A stretch of 62,121 nucleotides of DNA, taken from Polyangiaceae bacterium (GTDB taxonomy: Bacteria > Myxococcota_A > Polyangia > Polyangiales > Polyangiaceae). A program made the translations under genes and the position numbers. The notes under the pieces were generated by a model, which was not told where the DNA came from, ran no database searches, and saw only the letters and a list, made by a program, of their open reading frames with translations. Of the stretch, positions 49,872 through 59,644 are shown in pieces (position 1 is the stretch's first letter; each line of letters begins with the position of its first letter). The stretch covers positions 1-62,121 of the forward strand of contig JAPSGB010000028.1 in NCBI GenBank assembly GCA_035063585.1, read 5' to 3'.

Positions 49872-50789
49872 TCAGCTCTGATAGATGCCGATGATCTGGT
49901 CGAAGAGCGCGAGCGCTTCCTTGCGCGGGCGCTGGAAGGCGTTCCGCCCGACGATGCTGCCGAAGCCGCCGCCCGCGTGGATCTGGCGGATCTCCTCGAG
50001 CACGTCGTCCGTCCCCTTGGCGGCACCGCCCGAGAAGATCACGATGCGGCGCCCGTTGAAGGCGGCCTTGACGCAATAACGGACCCTGTCGGCGAGCGTC
50101 GCGATCGGGATCTGCGCCTTCTCGAAAGCCTTCTTCGCGTCCGCCTGCTCGAGATGGGCGGTCGGCGGCTTGATCTTGATGATGTGGGCGCCCAGTTGCG
50201 CGGAGATCTGCGCGGCGTACGAGACGACGTCGATGGCCGTCTCGCCGTCCTTACTGATCCCGTTTCCGCGTGGGTAAGCCCAGACCACCACCGCGAGCCC
50301 CTTCGCCTTGGCCTCGGCGGTGAGCTCCCGGAGGTCCTCGTACATCGCGTTGCGAAAATCGGACCCAGGGTAGATGGTGTAGCCGATCGCCGAGCAGCCG
50401 AGCCGGAGCGCGTCATCGACCGAGGCGGTGATCGCCGAGCAGGGCTCCATCTTCGAGAGCGTGTCGCTGTTGTTCAGCTTGAGGATGAGCGGGATCTGGC
50501 CCGCGAACTTGGCGGCGCCGGCCTCGATGAAGCCGAGCGGCGCCGCGTAGGCGTTGCACCCCGCGTCGATGGCGAGCTGGAAGTGATAGTCGGGGTCGTG
50601 CGCGTCGGGGTTCGGGCCGAACGAGCGCGCGGGCCCGTGCTCGAACCCTTGGTCGACGGGCAAGATGACGAGCTTTCCGGTGCCGGCGAGCTTGCCGGTC
50701 GAGAGCAGCCGATGGAGCTGGGCCTTGGTGCCCGGGTTATCGGCCGAATACCAGGACAGGATCTCCTTGACGCGATCGGTGGCAGTCAT
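49872..50789 (-). CDS. fbaB: Class I fructose-bisphosphate aldolase (DhnA-type)
   Basis: ILPVDQGFEHGP, WAYPRG, GAHIIKIK, FSGG, GRNAFQR. Confidence 0.92.
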   Translation of the reverse strand: MTATDRVKEILSWYSADNPGTKAQLHRLLSTGKLAGTGKLVILPVDQGFEHGPARSFGPNPDAHDPDYHFQLAIDAGCNAYAAPLGFIEAGAAKFAGQIPLILKLNNSDTLSKMEPCSAITASVDDALRLGCSAIGYTIYPGSDFRNAMYEDLRELTAEAKAKGLAVVVWAYPRGNGISKDGETAIDVVSYAAQISAQLGAHIIKIKPPTAHLEQADAKKAFEKAQIPIATLADRVRYCVKAAFNGRRIVIFSGGAAKGTDDVLEEIRQIHAGGGFGSIVGRNAFQRPRKEALALFDQIIGIYQS

Positions 50790-50890
50790 GCTCGTCTCCC
50801 GTTAGTAGCTGACGTCCGCGCTTGAACGCGCGGCGGGAACGTAGATCCTTAACGTCAGGCTCGCAACGACCCGAGGAGAAGCGCACGCAA

Positions 50891-51919
50891 ATGGCACCCG
50901 AAGCGTCCTGGTCCCCGCCCGCGCCGTCACAGGCCGGCGTCCCGCTCGAGACGTTCATCCTGGAAGGGATGTTCCACGCCGAGCGCGCCACCGGCGCGTT
51001 CACCTCGCTCCTCAACCAGATCACGCTCGCGGCGAAGGTCATCACCGGCCGGGTGCGCCGCGCGGGGCTCGCCGACATCCTCGGTTACACCGGAGAGACC
51101 AACGTGCAGGGCGAGCGCGTGCAGAAGCTCGACCTCATCGCCAACGAGGCGATGATCGCGTCGCTCCGCCGCCGCGGACACTGCGCGGCGCTCGCCAGCG
51201 AAGAGCTCGACGACCCGGTGTTCTTCCCGAACGCGACCGGCAGCTATCTCGTCGTGACCGATCCGCTCGACGGGTCGAGCAACATCGACGTCGACATCTC
51301 GATCGGCACCATCTTCGGCATCCTCCGACACGAGCGCGCGAGCGGCCCGCCGACGCGCGAGAGCTTCCTGCAGCCCGGGCGGAGTCTCGCCGCCGCGGGC
51401 TACGTCATCTACGGCTCATCTACCGTGCTGGTGATGTCGACCGGCTCGTCCGTGCACGGCTTCACCTGGGATCCGAGCGTGGGCGAGTTCTTCCTCTCGC
51501 ACGAGAACATCCGCTGCCCGACGAAGGGAAACACCTATTCCATCAACGAGGGCAACGCCGCGCGCTGGACCGCGGGGGTGGGGCGGTGGAATGCCTTCGT
51601 CAAAGCGACCGACAAGGCGGACGGCCGCCCGTACTCGCACCGCTACGTCGGCTCGCTGGTCGCCGACGCGCACCGCACGCTCCTCCGCGGCGGCATCTTC
51701 GCGTATCCGGCCGACACCAAGAGCCCGAACGGCAAGCTCCGCCTGCTCTACGAGGCGAACCCCTTCGCGTTCATCTTCGAGGCCGCGGGGGGCCGCGCCA
51801 TCACCGGCTCGGGCGACGTGCTCGACATCATGCCCACCGACATCCACCAGCGGGTCCCGCTCATCCTCGGTTCGAGGGACGACGTCGCCAACTACGAGCG
51901 GCTCACCGCCGAGGGCTGA
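50891..51919 (+). CDS. fbp: Class 1 fructose-1,6-bisphosphatase
   Basis: NVQGE.VQKLD, SEE, DPLDGSSN, RYVGSLVAD.HRTL, GKLRLLYEANP. Confidence 0.96.
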   Translation: MAPEASWSPPAPSQAGVPLETFILEGMFHAERATGAFTSLLNQITLAAKVITGRVRRAGLADILGYTGETNVQGERVQKLDLIANEAMIASLRRRGHCAALASEELDDPVFFPNATGSYLVVTDPLDGSSNIDVDISIGTIFGILRHERASGPPTRESFLQPGRSLAAAGYVIYGSSTVLVMSTGSSVHGFTWDPSVGEFFLSHENIRCPTKGNTYSINEGNAARWTAGVGRWNAFVKATDKADGRPYSHRYVGSLVADAHRTLLRGGIFAYPADTKSPNGKLRLLYEANPFAFIFEAAGGRAITGSGDVLDIMPTDIHQRVPLILGSRDDVANYERLTAEG

Positions 51920-51939
51920 GGCCGCGGGCTTGCCAGTCC

Positions 51940-52132
51940 GGCGCGGCCGGCGGCGCGGCGCGCGCATCGGCGCGAGCACATCGCGGCGCCACGAGGACGG
52001 TGCGGCCGGCGGCGCGGCGCGGGCGCGCGAGTTGGCGCGAGTTGGCGCGAGTTCAGCGCGTCACCACGAGGGCGGCGCGGCGCGGGCGCGCGAGTCGGCG
52101 CGAGTTCAGCGCGTCACCACGAGGGCGGCGCG
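51940..52132. repeat. Degenerate intergenic direct repeats (36-bp unit x2 plus partial copies)
   Basis: GGCGCGAGTTCAGCGCGTCACCACGAGGGCGGCGCG at 52044-52079 and 52097-52132. Confidence 0.75.
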
Positions 52133-52144
52133 CGAACGCAACCC

Positions 52145-52194
52145 ATAAGCAGTTATTATCTGCGAAAGTTCATTGAATAAGTGGAAGTTATAAT
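52145..52194. promoter_or_regulatory. AT-rich element with two ATAA-N7-TTAT (LysR-type T-N11-A) boxes and a TATAAT
   Basis: Boxes at 52145-52159 and 52177-52191; TATAAT at 52189-52194. Confidence 0.55.
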
Positions 52195-52341
52195 ACAGAG
52201 CGATTTTTCGCGTCTCTCGGCATGCGCGGCGCCGGGTGCCGGGCGGGGAGCTCGGTTCCGCGCCGGACCGGCACCCCCCTTCAGCGGTGGGGAGGGGGCG
52301 GATTTTCCCGCGGCCGCGGCGGCGGGCTAGGGTGAGGCGAC

Positions 52342-53922
52342 ATGGCGCGGCCGCTCATCGTCGACGGGTTCATGGCCACCGGGAAGTCGACGGTGGGACG
52401 CGCCGCGGCGGCGCGGCTCGGGCGGCCGTTCGTGGATCTCGACGCGCAGATCGAGGCGGGGGCGGGGGCGCGAGTGAGCGAGATTTTTCGCGCGGCGGGC
52501 GAGGCGGAGTTTCGCCGGAGGGAGGCGGAGGAGCTCGAGCGCGCGCTCGCGCGGAGCGACGCGCCGGTGATCGCGGTGGGCGGCGGCGCGCTGCTCGAGC
52601 GCGCGCGCCGACTCGACGCGCTCGACCGCGCGACCGTGGTGGTGCTCGAGGCGACGCCGGAGGAGAGCGTGCGACGTGCGGAGGCGCAGGGCGGGCGACC
52701 GCTCCTCGCCGTCGAGAGGCCACTCGAGCGCGCGCGCGCGTTGCTCGCGGAGCGCGCGCCGGCGTATCGCGAGGCGCACGCGCGGCTCACCACCGACGGG
52801 CGCGCGGTCGACGAGCTCGCGAGCGTCGTCGCGGACCTCGCGCGGCGCGAGCCCATCGCGGTCGCGGTGGGCGCGCGGAGCTACGCGGTCGAGGTGACGC
52901 GGGGCGGCGGGCTCGAGCGCGCCGCCGCGCTCACGCGCGGGGCGAGCGCGGCGCTGCTCGTAACGGACGCGCAGGTGGCCGCGCTCTACGGCGCGGCCGG
53001 GCTCGAGGCGCTCCGGGCTCACCACCCGAGCGCGAGGTCGGTCGCACTCGAGCCCGGTGAGGTGAACAAGCGGATCGCCGCGGTCGAGGGGATCTGGCGG
53101 GCGGCGTTCGACGTAGGGCTCGATCGCGGGAGCGTCGTCCTCGCGCTCGGCGGCGGCGTCACTACCGACGTCGCGGGCTTCGCGGCGGCGACCTTCATGC
53201 GCGGGGTCGGGTGGGTGGCGGCGCCGACCACGCTGCTCGCGATGGTGGACGCCTCGGTAGGCGGGAAGACGGGCGTGGATCTCGGAGACGCGAAGAATGG
53301 CGTCGGCGCGTTCTGGCAGCCGCGCGGCGTGGTCTGCGACGTCGCGCTCGCGGGGAGCGAGCCCGCCCGCGGGTTCACGAGCGCGCTCGCCGAGGTGGTA
53401 AAGACGGCCATCATCGGCGACCCGGCGCTCTTCGAGCTCCTCGAGACCCACGCTCGGGAGGTGCGCGCGCGCGATGAGACGCTCATCGAGGAGCTGGTGC
53501 GGCGCTCGGTGCGGGTGAAGGCTCGGATCGTGAGCCGCGACGAACGCGAGGATGGCGAACGGGTGCTCTTGAACCTCGGACACACGGTGGGACACGCGCT
53601 CGAGGCGCACGGCGATTACTCGCGCTACACGCACGGCGAGGCGGTCGCGCTCGGGCTCGTCGCGGCGCTCGTGCTCGGCGAGCGGCTCGGCGAGACACCG
53701 CGCGAGCTGCGAGAGCGAACCACGCGGCTGCTCGGCGCGCTCGGCCTGCCGTGCGCCGCCGAGCCGGGCGAGCTCCGCCAAGCGGCGGCGCTCCTCGCGC
53801 GCGACAAGAAGCGCGCCGGTGCTCGGTTGAGGTTCGTGGTCGCGCGGGCGCTCGGCGAGACGCGCGCGGTCGAGCTCGAGCTCGGGAGGCTCGCAGAGAT
53901 GGTGAGCGGGGAGCCGGGATGA
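52342..53922 (+). CDS. aroKB: Bifunctional shikimate kinase / 3-dehydroquinate synthase
   Basis: GFMATGKSTVG, D.D, GGG, RPLL; then GGGVTTDVAGF, PTTLLAMVDASVGGKTG, LNLGHTVGHA.E, HGEAV, DKK. Confidence 0.95.
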   Translation: MARPLIVDGFMATGKSTVGRAAAARLGRPFVDLDAQIEAGAGARVSEIFRAAGEAEFRRREAEELERALARSDAPVIAVGGGALLERARRLDALDRATVVVLEATPEESVRRAEAQGGRPLLAVERPLERARALLAERAPAYREAHARLTTDGRAVDELASVVADLARREPIAVAVGARSYAVEVTRGGGLERAAALTRGASAALLVTDAQVAALYGAAGLEALRAHHPSARSVALEPGEVNKRIAAVEGIWRAAFDVGLDRGSVVLALGGGVTTDVAGFAAATFMRGVGWVAAPTTLLAMVDASVGGKTGVDLGDAKNGVGAFWQPRGVVCDVALAGSEPARGFTSALAEVVKTAIIGDPALFELLETHAREVRARDETLIEELVRRSVRVKARIVSRDEREDGERVLLNLGHTVGHALEAHGDYSRYTHGEAVALGLVAALVLGERLGETPRELRERTTRLLGALGLPCAAEPGELRQAAALLARDKKRAGARLRFVVARALGETRAVELELGRLAEMVSGEPG

Positions 53923-54314
53923 AGGCGCGGCGGGAGGGCGCGACAAGCGTCGAGCCGCTCGGGAAGGCGCGCCGGAGGGCAACGGCTCTCGGAGACCTTG
54001 CCCGAGCGACGAGCCGGTCGAGCTCCCGTCGAGCTCGCGAAGCTACGTCGCCTTCCGTTCGAGCCGCCGGAGCGCTCGCGGGTTCCGAAGCGCGGCGCGG
54101 CTGACCCGTCGCGCGGTGCTGCCGAACGGCTTTCACGCCGACCTGAGGCTGGCGCGGGACCTCGGTGATCTCGACGCCGCCCAGCTGCAGGCGGTGCTGG
54201 GTGCGGTCACCGCGCATCTGCGCCGCACGCCCGGGAGCGACAGGCGCTGCGCCGGCTGATATTGCTCGAGGACGCGCGCAGGCAGGCGCGACCAGAACCC
54301 GCGAAAGGACCGAC

Positions 54315-55067
54315 ATGACCAGCGACCCGCCCCCGGTTCCGACGACATGGCCCGAGCTGCTGGCGCGGCACGCCGATCCCGACGCGGGTCGGCGCGGCTT
54401 CGACTATTGCCAGCGCCGTTTCGCCGGCCTCGCGGTCGAGAGCCCATTTTTCGCCGTGCCCTTCGCCTCCTGCGCCGAATGCGTCGCCTATACGCTGGTG
54501 CTGCGCGATGCGGCGGTCGGTGCCGGCCTGATCGGGGAACTGGCGCCCTATCTTGCCCGGATTGCGCGCGACCGGGAGGAACTGAACCGGATGCCGCCGG
54601 CGCGGATCGCGGCGCTGTCGCTGGTCGCCATGGCCGATTTGACCGGGGTGGCCCTGCCCGCGACTGTCGGCAAGGCGGTGCCGCGCATGCTGGCGGCGCT
54701 GGGGGCCTACGGGACGCTGGATGCCGAGGAGGCGCGGCAAGCCATCTGGGCGCATCTGGCCTTCGGCGAGGTGGCGGAGCTGGGCGAGTTGCTGCCCGGT
54801 GACCTCGCCGCGCCACCCGAGGACGGCGCCTTCGGCCCGAACGTTCAGGGCGCGCAGATACAGCTCGCCCGCGCCATCGCGCATCGCGCGCCGGCGGCGG
54901 CGGTGGTGGCGACCTGGGACAGCTATCGCAACCACACTCCGCGCCTGGTCGCCGCGAGGCAGGGCAGCATGCTGGAGCTGCTCCTCGCCGCCCGCGCCAT
55001 GGGCTGCGTGCTGAGCGGGCAGGCGGGGCCGCGGGTGCTGGACGACCTGCGCGCGGCGGTGCGCTGA
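54315..55067 (+). CDS. Hypothetical protein, possibly horizontally acquired
   Basis: AAAGGA RBS and ATG; Leu is mostly CTG, unlike the CTC-rich neighbouring genes. Confidence 0.65.
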   Translation: MTSDPPPVPTTWPELLARHADPDAGRRGFDYCQRRFAGLAVESPFFAVPFASCAECVAYTLVLRDAAVGAGLIGELAPYLARIARDREELNRMPPARIAALSLVAMADLTGVALPATVGKAVPRMLAALGAYGTLDAEEARQAIWAHLAFGEVAELGELLPGDLAAPPEDGAFGPNVQGAQIQLARAIAHRAPAAAVVATWDSYRNHTPRLVAARQGSMLELLLAARAMGCVLSGQAGPRVLDDLRAAVR

Positions 55068-55200
55068 TGTCGTGCGCTGCGCGGCCGGCGGTGACGAGTG
55101 CATGGCGGAACGTGTCAACGAGTTGGAGAAGGCCCTTCGTCGAACTTGGTGAGCAGCCGCCTTGTGGATAGCGGCGCCGGTCACGCCGCCCACAGTCGGC

Positions 55201-55529
55201 TTTTCCCGCGGCTGCGACGGCGGGTTAGGGTGAGGCGGTATGGCGCGGCCGGCGGCGCGGCTCGGGCGGCCGTTCGTGGAAGTCGACGCGCAGATCGAGG
55301 CAGCGGCCGGTGCGCGAGTGAGCGAGATTGTTCGCGCGGCGGGCGAGGCGAAATTTCGCCGGAGGGAGGCGGAGGAGCTCGAGCGCGCGCTCGCGCGGAG
55401 CGACGCGCCGGCGAGCGCGGTGGGCGGCGGCGCGCTGCTCGAGCGTGCGCGCCGACTCGACGCGCTCGAGCGCGCGACCGTGGTGGCGCCCGAGGCCACG
55501 CCGGAGGAGTGGGTGCGGCGTGCGGAGGC
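55201..55529 (+). pseudogene. Decayed partial duplicate of the aroK 5' region, including its upstream sequence
   Basis: Near-identical to about 52303-52686 but lacks the P-loop segment (reads MARP-AARLGRPF) and is truncated after VRRAEA. Confidence 0.85.
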
Positions 55530-55605
55530 GGTGGCCGGCGTCGAGGAGGACGGGGACGAGGCTGGAGTCGATTTCGCCGGCGACGCCGGTGACGACGACT
55601 TCCAT
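55530..55605 (-). pseudogene. N-terminal fragment of an NAD-dependent epimerase/dehydratase-like gene
   Basis: MEVVVTGVAGEIDSSLVPVLLDAGH is a Rossmann beta-alpha start (TGxxGxIG, last G replaced by D) and ends at the junction with the aroK copy. Confidence 0.55.
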
Positions 55606-55754
55606 CAGAGGACTGCCTTCACAGCAGCGTTCGGGCGCGATCGAGCGCGATCCGGCGCAGGTCGTCCACCGTGATCGATCCGCCTTGTGATCGGCGGCGA
55701 TGAGATCTTAGCCTGAGCCGGCACCGGCCAAGGCGCCGGCGCGGGAGAGCGCGC

Positions 55755-58700
55755 ATGCAAAGGGAGACGATGGCGGCTGCACCGTGCTTCATTCGACGCG
55801 TGCTGTGGCTCGTGATCGCCACGCTGTGGGCGGGCTGCTCTGCGGGGAGCTCACCGCCCGGCGAAGGGCCCCCCGACGCGCAAGCGTCCACCGCTTCGCC
55901 CGAGGCGCGCCTCGTCGTGGCGGCGGCGAGCCGGCTGGCGATCGCGGCCCCAGAGCTCGCGACGCGCCTCGCGCCGTCTCCGGGTATGTGGAGGCTCGAC
56001 GGCGACCGGGGGGCGCGCTCGGTCATGACGGGGCGTGTCGGTGCCGAGCTGCCGGCGCGGGCCGACCGCGCACTGCGCGTGGGGCTCGGCAAGAGCGAGC
56101 GGCACCGGCTGACGCTGACCCCCGAGGGGGCGCGGGGCGCCGAGCTCGAAGAGCTCGACGGGCGCGCGGTCTACCGCGAAGCGTACCCGTCTTCGGACGT
56201 CATCTTCGTCGCTGACGGCGCGCGCGTCGAGTGGCTGTACCTGCTGCGCGACGCGTCGGCGCCGTCGCGCTTTGCCTACACGCTCGCCCTGCCGCCCGGG
56301 TTGCGGGCCGCCGAGGTGCGCGCGTCGGGTGAGGTCGCCTTCGAAGACGAGCGCGGGAACGTTCAGCTTCGCGTCCCGCGGCCGTTCGCCGTCGACGCGC
56401 ACGGCACGAGGCGGGAGGCGACGCTCGCCCTCGAAGCGGGGCGGCTCGTCGTCGAGCTCGACGCCGCTGGGCTCACATTCCCGGTGCTGCTCGATCCGGC
56501 GGTAGAGACGGCGCTCTGGGAGCAGCGGACACCATCGACCAGCCCGCCAAGCCGCTCCTACCACGCGATGGCCTACGACGGCGCGCGCGGCAAGACGGTC
56601 CTCTTCGGCGGCCGGGACAAGGGGGGAGATCCGCTCGCCGACACGTGGACCTGGGATGGGTCGAGCTGGGCCAACGTCACCCCGGCCGCGTCCCCTTCGC
56701 TCGAGATTGGCCACGCGATGGCGTACGACTCGAAGCGCGGAAGGGTGGTCCTCTTCGGCGTGAGCACGAAGACAGGCGCTGCGCCCGAGACGTGGGAATG
56801 GGATGGCTCGAGCTGGACCCAGGCGACGGCGACGCCGAGCCCGGGGAAGCGCACGTTCTTCGCGATGGCCTACGACAGCGCGCGGGGGCGAACGGTCGTC
56901 TTCGGCGGATTCAACGGGTTGGGCGAGACGTGGGAGTGGGACGGCGCGACGTGGAAGAGGGTCGCGACGACCGGGCCAGCGCAGCGCATGTATGCCTCGA
57001 TGGCGTACGACAGCGCGCGCGGCAAGACGGTGCTCTTCGGCGGTGATCCCGGCAGTGGACGCTTGGGGGACACGTGGGAGTGGGACGGCACGACGTGGGC
57101 CCAGCGGGCGACGACCGGCCCGGAAGCGCGCGCGTCGGCCGCGATGGCGTACGACAGCGCGCGGAAGCGGACGGTCCTGTTCAGCGGCGTCGCGTACGTG
57201 TCCCTGAACGACACGTGGGAATGGGATGGGTCGAGCTGGACGCAGATCGCGACGACGGGGCCACCGGGTCGGCCGCGCAGCGCGATGGCATACGACTCCA
57301 CGCGGGGGCGGGCCGTTCTGTTCGGTGGGTACCTGGCGGGCTCGGCAGCCGCCGATACGTGGGAGCTCCACGCGCGCGGCGGCGCCTGCTCCTGCCCCGG
57401 TAGCGGTGGCTGCCCCTCGTCCGACTGCGACACGGGCTACTGCGTCGATGGGGTCTGCTGCGAAGGGGCATCGCTCGCGACGACGAGCCCGCCCAACTGC
57501 GCGACGTGCGCGCGTTGTGATTCGGCCGCGAGCCCGGGCCTGTGCGCGGTCGTCACCAACGCGAAGGATCCCGACTCGTGCGCCACCGGCAAGACGTGCG
57601 GCCCGACGGCGGTGTGCAGCCTCGACGACGGCCAGGCCTGCACCGTGGGGGGCACGCCGTGCCTCTCCGGGAACTGTGTCGACGGGTTCTGCTGCGACAC
57701 CGCCTGCTCGGACGCTTGCGCGGCGTGCGACGGCGCCACCCGCGGCTGGGCGGGGGCGGTCGACGGCGCGTGCGCGAGCGCGCCGGTCGGGTACCCGGGG
57801 GAGCCGGCGTGCGGCGCCTACTCCTGCACCGGGAGCGCGCCGACCTGCCCGGGGGCGGGGGCGACCTGCACCTCGGATCTCGCGTGCGGCCCGGCGCACT
57901 ATTGCGACAAGACGGGGCACTGCTCGCCGAGAATGGGCCAGGGGGCCGTCTGCGACCCGCGGGCGGGGGCCGATTGCTTCGGGGACGACTGCCGCGTCTG
58001 CGCGAGCGGACACTGCGCGGACGGGTACTGCTGCGACACCCCTTGCGCGGGCTCATGCGACGTGTGCGCGCAATCGCTCGGCGCGAGCGCGAACGGCACG
58101 TGCACGCTGCTCGCCGCCGGCAAGTCGGGCGCCCCCGCCTGTGCGCCCTACGTCTGCACCGGCGCGAGTGATGCCTGCGGCACGTCGTGCGACGCGAGCG
58201 CCGAGTGCGCGGCGAACCACTGGTGTCGGGCCTCCGATCACACCTGTCTTCCGGCCGTGACCAACGGCGCGGCCTGCTCCTCGCCGACCGAGTGCAGCTC
58301 CGGTCACTGCGTCGAGGGGCTCTGCTGCGACACGGCGTGCGACTCGGTGTGCATGGCCTGCACCGCGGCGGCCAAGGGGCAGGGCAGCGACGGGACGTGC
58401 GGCTTCGTCGCGGCCGGACGAGACCCGCGCGACGAGTGCCCCGACGAAGGCGCGGCGATGTGCAAGCTGGACGGCGCGTGCAACGGCGCCGGCGGTTGTC
58501 GGAAGTACGCGGCCGGAACGCCGTGCGGCGCGGTCGATTGTGCCGCGGGGACGCAGACCGGCTACGCGTGCGACGGCTCCGGCACGTGCAAGGCGGCGAG
58601 CACGAAGACCTGCGCGCCGTACCTCTGCCAGGGCACGGCGTGCGGCACGACGTGCAGCCGCGACCAGGACTGCGACGAGCGGTTCCGCTGCGACGCGGCG

Positions 58701-59054
58701 AGGCACGAGTGCGTGCCGCGCGACACGACGAATTGCGACCCGAGCGATGATCGGACGCAGGACAACCCCGACGGCACGACGACCGACTGCTCGCCTTATC
58801 GCTGCGTAGGCAACCGCTGCAAGACCGACTGCACCTCGGTCGACGACTGCGCGGCGCCGAACGTGTGCGACGCGACGAAGACGTGCGTCGCCCCCGACGC
58901 GATCGCGGAGAACGACGAGGAGGGGTGCGGCTGCCGCCTCGCTGGCGACCGGCGTCGGGGCGGCGGTGCCGCCGCGCTCTCGGTCGTCGCGGCGCTGGCC
59001 CTCGGCGTTCGGCGAAGGCGGGCAGGCGCCACGCGCCGACGGGCCGCTGCATGA
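55755..59054 (+). CDS. Large surface lipoprotein: N-terminal beta domain, Kelch-like beta-propeller, Cys-rich repeats, MYXO-CTERM-like tail
   Basis: Lipobox WAGC; six AMAYDSARG.TVLFGG...DTWEWDG repeats; CVDG.CC repeats; C-terminal GCGCR, hydrophobic stretch, RRRR; alternative start ATG 55770. Confidence 0.9.
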   Translation: MQRETMAAAPCFIRRVLWLVIATLWAGCSAGSSPPGEGPPDAQASTASPEARLVVAAASRLAIAAPELATRLAPSPGMWRLDGDRGARSVMTGRVGAELPARADRALRVGLGKSERHRLTLTPEGARGAELEELDGRAVYREAYPSSDVIFVADGARVEWLYLLRDASAPSRFAYTLALPPGLRAAEVRASGEVAFEDERGNVQLRVPRPFAVDAHGTRREATLALEAGRLVVELDAAGLTFPVLLDPAVETALWEQRTPSTSPPSRSYHAMAYDGARGKTVLFGGRDKGGDPLADTWTWDGSSWANVTPAASPSLEIGHAMAYDSKRGRVVLFGVSTKTGAAPETWEWDGSSWTQATATPSPGKRTFFAMAYDSARGRTVVFGGFNGLGETWEWDGATWKRVATTGPAQRMYASMAYDSARGKTVLFGGDPGSGRLGDTWEWDGTTWAQRATTGPEARASAAMAYDSARKRTVLFSGVAYVSLNDTWEWDGSSWTQIATTGPPGRPRSAMAYDSTRGRAVLFGGYLAGSAAADTWELHARGGACSCPGSGGCPSSDCDTGYCVDGVCCEGASLATTSPPNCATCARCDSAASPGLCAVVTNAKDPDSCATGKTCGPTAVCSLDDGQACTVGGTPCLSGNCVDGFCCDTACSDACAACDGATRGWAGAVDGACASAPVGYPGEPACGAYSCTGSAPTCPGAGATCTSDLACGPAHYCDKTGHCSPRMGQGAVCDPRAGADCFGDDCRVCASGHCADGYCCDTPCAGSCDVCAQSLGASANGTCTLLAAGKSGAPACAPYVCTGASDACGTSCDASAECAANHWCRASDHTCLPAVTNGAACSSPTECSSGHCVEGLCCDTACDSVCMACTAAAKGQGSDGTCGFVAAGRDPRDECPDEGAAMCKLDGACNGAGGCRKYAAGTPCGAVDCAAGTQTGYACDGSGTCKAASTKTCAPYLCQGTACGTTCSRDQDCDERFRCDAARHECVPRDTTNCDPSDDRTQDNPDGTTTDCSPYRCVGNRCKTDCTSVDDCAAPNVCDATKTCVAPDAIAENDEEGCGCRLAGDRRRGGGAAALSVVAALALGVRRRRAGATRRRAAA

Positions 59055-59249
59055 GGGCAGCGCGCCTGCGATGGCCGGCCATCAATGGCCGACGCGTTGG
59101 CCCGCCGATCCGGCGCGGCACCTCACCATGTGGAATCGCGGACGTGGAGCCGGCTCCCGCCGCTGCGGGTCAGTGGTCGCCGTCCAAGCGCACCAGCATG
59201 CCGAGGACGCCGACCGAGTGCCCGTCACCCTCGTGGTCGCACAACCGCG

Positions 59250-59520
59250 CGTAACGACACACGCCGGCGCTGGCACGCCTCTCGCGCTCGCCCCGCGCTC
59301 CGTGCCTGCCGCCGAAGCCCGCCGAGCCGCCGCCACCCGCGCCGAAGCAGGACGAGCAGGCGCCTCCGCGAAGGTGCAACGGCGACCGTCGGTGGGCCGC
59401 GCTGCTCGCGCGCACCCTCGCGATCGACGTGCTCGCCTGTCCGAAGCACGTCGAGGGGCGTCCCCGCGCGCAGCTCCGGGCCGTCGCCGGCAGCATACGT
59501 GGAACCCGAGGAGCCCTAGG
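59250..59520 (+). mobile_element. Remnant of an IS91-family (Y2) transposase C-terminus
   Basis: RRWAALLARTLAIDVLACPK (W at 59393) resembles the WAxLLxRxFxxDVLxCPxC tail of IS91-like transposases; frame interrupted; boundaries approximate. Confidence 0.55.
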
Positions 59521-59644
59521 AACCGCCCGAGTCGTCGCCGGGCAAGGCCGACGGGGCGCCGTTGCCAACGGAGCTCGACGGACCGTAGGGCGTGACTTGC
59601 GCGCAGGCGGCGACGAAGACGAGGCCCCGACTCCTGCTCGAGCC

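Noticed and set aside
49872..51919. Calvin cycle (cbb) cluster suggested by fbaB, fbp and LysR-like boxes
   Set aside because: No RuBisCO, phosphoribulokinase or cbbR in the window; gluconeogenesis explains the pair.
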